Under the pieces are notes generated by a model. It did not search any database. It was not told the origin of the DNA and saw only the letters and a list, made by a program, of their open reading frames with translations. This document shows, piece after piece, positions 59,201 through 64,000 of a stretch of 64,000 nucleotides of DNA. Origin of the DNA: Candidatus Nanohaloarchaea archaeon (GTDB lineage Archaea > Nanohalarchaeota > Nanosalinia > Nanosalinales > Nanosalinaceae); contig JACOQA010000002.1 of NCBI GenBank assembly GCA_014297435.1, forward strand, positions 64,001 to 128,000, read 5' to 3'. Numbering within the stretch: the stretch's first letter is position 1; every line of letters starts with the position of its first letter. The translations under genes and the position numbers were made by a program.

Positions 59201-60058
59201 TTAGGAAAATATGAGAGATGTGACGACAAATCCGCCCGTAATAACGGACAGAAGCGCCTTCGAAATAAAGCCCAAACTTGTTGGAGCGCCCGCTGTCGAT
59301 GCACCCGCTTGCTCCTCAACTTGAGACTCCGCACCACCCGAGGTTAAGACCCTGATCTCAGCCGTCCTCGAGTCAGAGGAGCCTTGATTCTCGACCACAA
59401 GCTCGAAGCTGTTCACGCCTTCAGCACCCGGAGAGATGCTAAAGCATAGATCACCAGAGGCTTCAGCCGAATCAACAAGGTTGTCGTTCCTGTAGAGTCT
59501 GACGTCCGCCTCCCGAGTTGAATCTATACTAGAGCATGCCTCTATTATCTCACCTTCCGAAACCACGTCCGGAATCTGGAAGCTTCGGATCGAAACACCT
59601 TGGTTCTCAGACCGTCCTAAGTCTATATTCGGCAGCTCTATTCCTTCACCTGTTCCCGAAGATTGGTTTTCGTCCCTTCCTTCTACTGTGTCATCTAGAT
59701 CCCCCGGGCTTTCCATTTCAGGGCTGTTCTGCTCTAACTCATCATTCCTGTCACCTGGACTTTCCATGCCAGTTGATTCGTTTTCAAGTTCATCGTTCCT
59801 ATCTCCAGGGCTTTCAAGTTCAGTCGATGAGGTGCTTTTAGAGGTCTGGTTGTTCCTGTCACCTGGGCTCCGGTTACTGCTTGGACGCGATTCCATATCT
59901 CCCGGGCTTTCACCCGAATCCATTTCTCCCGGAGATACCCTGCTTGACTCATACCTATCGGCAGGGCTTTTCGGGCTGGAAGCCGTTTGGGCAACTGTGA
60001 AAGTAGCCATTAAAATGAACGTGGTAAGAAGTAGGGCTGTTCGGCTTTTTGGAGGCAT
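59201..60058 (-). CDS. Secreted, C-terminally anchored surface protein with SPGD repeats (paralogue of 56969-58240)
   Basis: Signal peptide, about 7 SP(G/A)(D/E) units, AC..I...LYRN...C...EGVN domain, C-terminal helix. Confidence 0.8.
   Translation of the reverse strand: MPPKSRTALLLTTFILMATFTVAQTASSPKSPADRYESSRVSPGEMDSGESPGDMESRPSSNRSPGDRNNQTSKSTSSTELESPGDRNDELENESTGMESPGDRNDELEQNSPEMESPGDLDDTVEGRDENQSSGTGEGIELPNIDLGRSENQGVSIRSFQIPDVVSEGEIIEACSSIDSTREADVRLYRNDNLVDSAEASGDLCFSISPGAEGVNSFELVVENQGSSDSRTAEIRVLTSGGAESQVEEQAGASTAGAPTSLGFISKALLSVITGGFVVTSLIFS
59700..59972 (-). repeat. Coding repeat: about 7 x (E)SPGD(R), including two ESPGDRNDELE units
   Basis: Visible in the translation of 59201-60058. 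Confidence 0.8.
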
Positions 60059-60747
60059 CAGCCATCACACTCGTATAGCGCTCCTACTACCTCCGGATTC
60101 TGAAGTGCGTCCTGGTAGATTTCCTGCTCCACCGGTTCGTAGTTTCCACGACCATCACTGAGCAGTACCTCTTCCTCGCCTAGAACATCCGTGTTGTGAG
60201 GATCTCTGTCAACTAGAAATACGTATTCCTCGTCTGAGTCAACCATCAGGCCGTCGCCAGGTAGCGTGTCCGAAGGCCATGTTTCGTACTGGTCAAGATT
60301 TAAATCGCCAAGTCTTTCGTATTGACCTCTAAGCCCTTGAACCCAATCAAGTTCGACCGCTAGGTCACATCCTCTGTTCGCGAGGGGTTCTGGCGGAACT
60401 CTTGCACCTGCTCCTGTGTCTTGGGGTGTGCTCTGGTTACTTCCTGTCCCGTTACCTGTTTGGTTGCCGTCACCTCCTGCACCCCCTCCAAGCTGTTCAG
60501 ACTTCCAGTTTATAGCGGCTCCATCACCGTCTGTAGCTTCTAGTATTCCGAAGCCTACAACGCCGACACCTGTGGCTGCACCTAAAGCTCCTAGACCTGT
60601 CTGGAGTACTTCTCTCCTGTTCGGCAAATATTCTTCGTTCGTATCCTCCGTAGTGCGGTCTTTTTCTATTGTGGTTTCTTCAGTAACTTTTGTTTCTTCA
60701 TGTGTGTTTTCGTCTTCGTCCCAATTTTCGTCTTCCGGGTCTGACAT
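60058..60747 (-). CDS. Tat-motif exported protein (architectural paralogue of 58248-59090)
   Basis: NRREVLQ plus hydrophobic stretch, G/N/T-rich linker, two Cys, ends YECDG; TGATG overlap with the next gene. Confidence 0.7.
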   Translation of the reverse strand: MSDPEDENWDEDENTHEETKVTEETTIEKDRTTEDTNEEYLPNRREVLQTGLGALGAATGVGVVGFGILEATDGDGAAINWKSEQLGGGAGGDGNQTGNGTGSNQSTPQDTGAGARVPPEPLANRGCDLAVELDWVQGLRGQYERLGDLNLDQYETWPSDTLPGDGLMVDSDEEYVFLVDRDPHNTDVLGEEEVLLSDGRGNYEPVEQEIYQDALQNPEVVGALYECDG

Positions 60748-60959
60748 AGTTTGTTCTCACCAATAATCCTAAACTTCTAACCCGACTAAGAAAAGGAAAG
60801 TTGTGAATAATTCCAATAATCGGCTCTGAAAGCCTCAAAACATGTAGAACGCAATAAGAACTATTTTAAGCAGTCCTTGGCTTGGGAGTGGTCGAAAAGA
60901 CGGTTACACCAACGTAAGTCAAACGGTTAAGTCAAACCCTTACACTCATAATTTGTATT

Positions 60960-61337
60960 ATGAAGTTCGCACACACGATGCTCAGAGTCTCGAACCCAGA
61001 AAAAGTCATCGAATTCTACACAGAAGCATTTGACTGGGAGATGAAACGAAAGAAGGAGATGGAAACCTTCACCCTATACTTCCTTGGACCGGAAGATCAG
61101 ACCGCCGAGCTTGAACTCACATACAACCATGGGGAAGACGATCGATACGAGAAAGGCGAGGGCTATGGACACATCGCAATCCACACAGAAGAAGGTCAGT
61201 CACTGGAAGATGCGTATCGAAAGGCTGTTGATGCCGGTGGCGAGGACTACCGAGCTCCCGACGAATGTCCTGGAAACTACGCTTTTGTGAAAGACCCTGA
61301 AGGTTACGAGGTAGAGATCTTAGCGAGATCACCTTAA
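60960..61337 (+). CDS. gloA: Lactoylglutathione lyase / glyoxalase I (VOC family)
   Basis: HTMLRV, FTLYFL, LELTYN, YGHIAI, FVKDPEGYEVE. Confidence 0.88.
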   Translation: MKFAHTMLRVSNPEKVIEFYTEAFDWEMKRKKEMETFTLYFLGPEDQTAELELTYNHGEDDRYEKGEGYGHIAIHTEEGQSLEDAYRKAVDAGGEDYRAPDECPGNYAFVKDPEGYEVEILARSP

Positions 61338-61679
61338 TTCTCGCACCCTTTTTCTTTCCTATATCTTATCCCGTTAGTACACCCCGAGCAACCATCAAAG
61401 GAGTGAGTCTCTAACAGTCACTTGGATCCGTCAGAGTAAACCCACCTATTCTTTCGAAGAAATGGCATGTTTAGTCCTGCTGCAACTCACAATCACCTAA
61501 AGATTGTTCAAATATATTGAACAGTAATATGTTCTTCAAAAACGAACATTCAAATGTTTTTAATACCTTTTGTTATTTCCATTTGGTGAAGACGAAAATA
61601 GAAGAGTGTTCGTCCTTCAAGAACAACCAATATTTACTTTTTGGTAACAAATAAAAAGCTAGGGCTTCAATCCTTTACT

Positions 61680-62087
61680 ATGAGCTCAGATCAAGGCTTG
61701 GAAGGCGCCAGAAATGAAGCTAGAACAGTTTATCACGAGAAGGATAGGTATGAAGCCATACCGGAGCTAACGGGAATGATGGGCGCCAAGGAAACGCTCG
61801 AACATCAAGAGAAGGATGCCGTAGATACTGCTTATGAACTAATTAACGAATACGGACACAACCTTGAGGAGGACGATAATAGAGCCAATAAAGATCTGGG
61901 ATGGTCGCTCGCACAGGCAAGGGACCTAATGGAGAGAGAGCCATCTACAGATTTTGAAAAACGTGCACACAACCTTCTCGAAAGCCTTGACAGAAAGATC
62001 TGTCGTGACCAAGAAATATCTGGAACAGTCCAGGTTTATGCAACGATGCATGGTCAGGGCAAAGAGATGAATGAATTAACCGAGTAA
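61680..62087 (+). CDS. Hypothetical acidic protein
   Basis: Start probably MSSDQ at 61680. Confidence 0.65.
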   Translation: MSSDQGLEGARNEARTVYHEKDRYEAIPELTGMMGAKETLEHQEKDAVDTAYELINEYGHNLEEDDNRANKDLGWSLAQARDLMEREPSTDFEKRAHNLLESLDRKICRDQEISGTVQVYATMHGQGKEMNELTE

Positions 62088-62372
62088 TGAGTGTTAATAA
62101 TATTTGAACACTCATGGACTTTCGCACTAAATTCGGAAAAACATCCAGAACAAAGGAGGTATAACGCAAACGAGTGAATCGATACCACCCCCTCAACAGG
62201 TCGAAGATATACCTTCCTTATTATAGCCGAGATGTTTCTGGCACACCCTTGCCTAAGCGTGAAAGATATATCGATAAACACGTATAGCTATATTTCTGAT
62301 ATACCTCCTTTGTTAAGACTAATTCTCATTTCCCCCTCCACGAGAGTTCAATGACAGCAAACACTCACCGAT

Positions 62373-62519
62373 TCATATCCGCCTAAGTATGAAGATAATT
62401 ACTCCCGCAATCAAAAGTCCTACACCCCAGTAAGTCGAAGTATAAGGCAGTTAAGTAAGAACAAAAGTCGCCAACCCCGACGTAATAAGAGACCATCCAG
62501 CAGTTGTCTGGTAAGCCAT
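62373..62519 (-). pseudogene. Small two-helix membrane protein with an in-frame TAA
   Basis: MAYQTTAGWSLITSGLATFVLT*LPYTSTYWGVGLLIAGVIIFILRRI; stop at 62451-62453. Confidence 0.5.
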
Positions 62520-62646
62520 AAAACCTATTTAGAGGTCTAAAAGAAAGGATCTTCTTCCAGAATAGAACATGCAAAAGCTTCTATTGTACTACGATCACAG
62601 ATTTCACCGAAAAACTATATTCGAGCACAACAAAACACTTCGAAGC

Positions 62647-63402
62647 ATGGAGCAATCAAGAAACAAAATCATATTAGCTATCTTAGTTTTTTTGTCAGCA
62701 ACACTCCTCAGCTCCACTCTAATTGATACTCAGAAGGACAAACCCAACTATATCAGCGACTGGGCTTACAAAATAGGGATTGAAAACTATACCTGGTCCG
62801 CTGAAGCACATATAGATAAAACCGAACTCGATTCTGGAATATACCTTGTAACAAAACACAGAAAGGGTGAAGTTACGTCAAAGCAGCTGGATAATGCCTG
62901 GAGACTTTATAACAATACATATTCCGCCATAGTATCTAAAGGATGGACTAAATTCACTAAAGCAAAACAGGACGGCTTCATAAACTGGAGAAATAGTATA
63001 CATTACGTAAACAAAGATTTCATACTCGATAACAAGACTTTAGACCCTGAAAGACCCGAAAGCCTAATTTACTTCAATCAAAGCGGAGAAATGAAACTCG
63101 GAGGAGCAATGTACCTGGAAAACGATATAAACAAGACCGGCAAACAGGTAGGCGGTCCTCTCACAGCCTGGCACTTCCATAGATACGAGGAGAATAGGTG
63201 CTTAGCCGACGGAAAATACTTCATTTCCAGAGAATGTGATAGCAGCGACCCAATAATATCTCCAGAAATGCTGCATGTATGGATGATTAAACATCCAGAA
63301 AGCCAGTTTAGCACCTCAATGTGGATTAAAAACATTTCAAGATCCGATTACGATAAAATAGATAAATTAAAATTTAAAAGAAAAGAGTTAAGGAATAATT
63401 AA
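62647..63402 (+). CDS. Exported or membrane-anchored hypothetical protein with non-acidic composition
   Basis: N-terminal hydrophobic helix; LDPERPESLIY, GAMY, GGPLTAWHFH, PEMLHVW; Lys-rich and AT-rich. Confidence 0.75.
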   Translation: MEQSRNKIILAILVFLSATLLSSTLIDTQKDKPNYISDWAYKIGIENYTWSAEAHIDKTELDSGIYLVTKHRKGEVTSKQLDNAWRLYNNTYSAIVSKGWTKFTKAKQDGFINWRNSIHYVNKDFILDNKTLDPERPESLIYFNQSGEMKLGGAMYLENDINKTGKQVGGPLTAWHFHRYEENRCLADGKYFISRECDSSDPIISPEMLHVWMIKHPESQFSTSMWIKNISRSDYDKIDKLKFKRKELRNN

Positions 63403-63459
63403 CACTTAAGACGCGAAGAACCCAATGTTCTAAGATATATCAGGTTCCAAAAGAAATAT

Positions 63460-63666
63460 TTACTGCTTGGTATGCTCATCTAGCACTCTTAACACTATAT
63501 CTCTGTTGTTTTCAGTGTAGAGAATGTGTGCCACCCCTTCTTCAGATTTCGTAACCGATATACCTAGCCCCATCTGACCAAACACATCTTTCAGTCTGGA
63601 GTAAAGTCTCCCATCACCATGAATTATGAAGCGTTCGCCGTCGTCCTGGATCTTTGTAATCTTCAT
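63460..63666 (-). CDS. Small hypothetical protein
   Basis: 68 aa with a TATA-like TTAAAAA upstream. Confidence 0.6.
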   Translation of the reverse strand: MKITKIQDDGERFIIHGDGRLYSRLKDVFGQMGLGISVTKSEEGVAHILYTENNRDIVLRVLDEHTKQ

Positions 63667-64000
63667 GTAGGAAGTTTCTCGAGCCGTTTTTAACCATTTA
63701 CGGACTGTTCGCTTTTTTAGAACACTCAGTTTTCACAAGTTAACAATTAATCAATGAGTGAAAACATAAAGTACTTAAAAGGTTTGAATATTCATAGTTT
63801 TTGAATACATAGTTGTTCAATCTATATGAACACTCAGAGAATGATTGTGAGTTTAAAACCGGCATTTTGCTTAAATTTAAACCTAAGTTGGGTATAATCC
63901 GGGTCATCCGACTTATCGTGGTGCAATAAATGTGAGGCTCAATACACCATCCGACCATGGATGATTGGATTAGTTGAACCAGAAGCACTAGACCTCCCGC

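Larger units (their letters stand above)
61502..63835. repeat. Cluster of about nine 25-bp palindromes, consensus GANTGTTC-N9-GAACANTC
   Basis: Copies start at 61502, 61527, 61604, 62089, 62342, 63383 (weak), 63703, 63786 and 63811. Confidence 0.8.

Noticed and set aside
57790-59972. CRISPR array or multi-core RiPP precursor
   Set aside because: Repeats are in-frame coding units with synonymous variation inside signal-peptide, membrane-anchored proteins; no unique spacers, cas genes or RiPP maturases in the window
761-60766. Numerous Ser-rich antisense ORFs in the track (e.g. 3291-4001, 26317-26811, 59688-60161)
   Set aside because: Shadow frames of GAA/GAC-rich acidic genes on the opposite strand
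60915-60940. TAAGTCAAAC direct repeat upstream of glyoxalase I
   Set aside because: Only two copies of a 10-mer; could be an operator but is too weak to call
62288-62329. MRISLNKGGISEI micro-ORF on the minus strand
   Set aside because: Gly codons differ (GGA GGT) and there is no TATA at the expected distance; probably chance
61502-63835. Palindrome cluster as a CRISPR array or IS ends
   Set aside because: Irregular spacing with genes in between, the variable part lies inside each unit, and no transposase or target duplications are visible

Overview
Archaeal chromosomal DNA with a strongly acidic (D/E-rich) predicted proteome, tightly packed genes and many apparently leaderless genes (TATA box about 24 nt before the ATG). 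Together with an archaeal PolB, RadB, Cdc48, a singlet histone and a fermentative PDH/ACD/malic-enzyme block, this is most consistent with a nanohaloarchaeon (DPANN); the taxonomy is inference. Recognisable genes: MacB-type and ABC-2 transporters, Hsp20, rtcA, tyrS, serS, topA, a terminal Phe/Tyr operon, radB, cdc48, two Zn-finger DsbA proteins, map, malic enzyme, ADP-forming acetate-CoA ligase, pdhABC-lpdA, ogg, a Na/Ca exchanger, polB, a histone, grpE/dnaK/dnaJ, a ZIP transporter and glyoxalase I. No tRNA, rRNA, CRISPR array or intact transposon was recognised. The most striking signals lie outside the ORF track. (1) A dispersed family of TATA-driven leaderless micro-ORFs sharing an in-frame (K/Q)-G-G motif always encoded GGT GGA; two of them are followed by a homologous structured spacer and a second His/Thr-rich micro-ORF abutting an orphan gene. 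(2) About nine copies of a 25-bp palindrome GANTGTTC-N9-GAACANTC, seen only at 61.5-63.8 kb and almost entirely intergenic. (3) A probable nucleotidyltransferase-kinase fusion orphan behind one of these leaders. (4) Two highly structured intergenic regions near the histone gene. (5) A tandemly duplicated Tat-protein plus repeat-bearing surface-protein module. All product calls come from motif recognition by eye; no database search was run.
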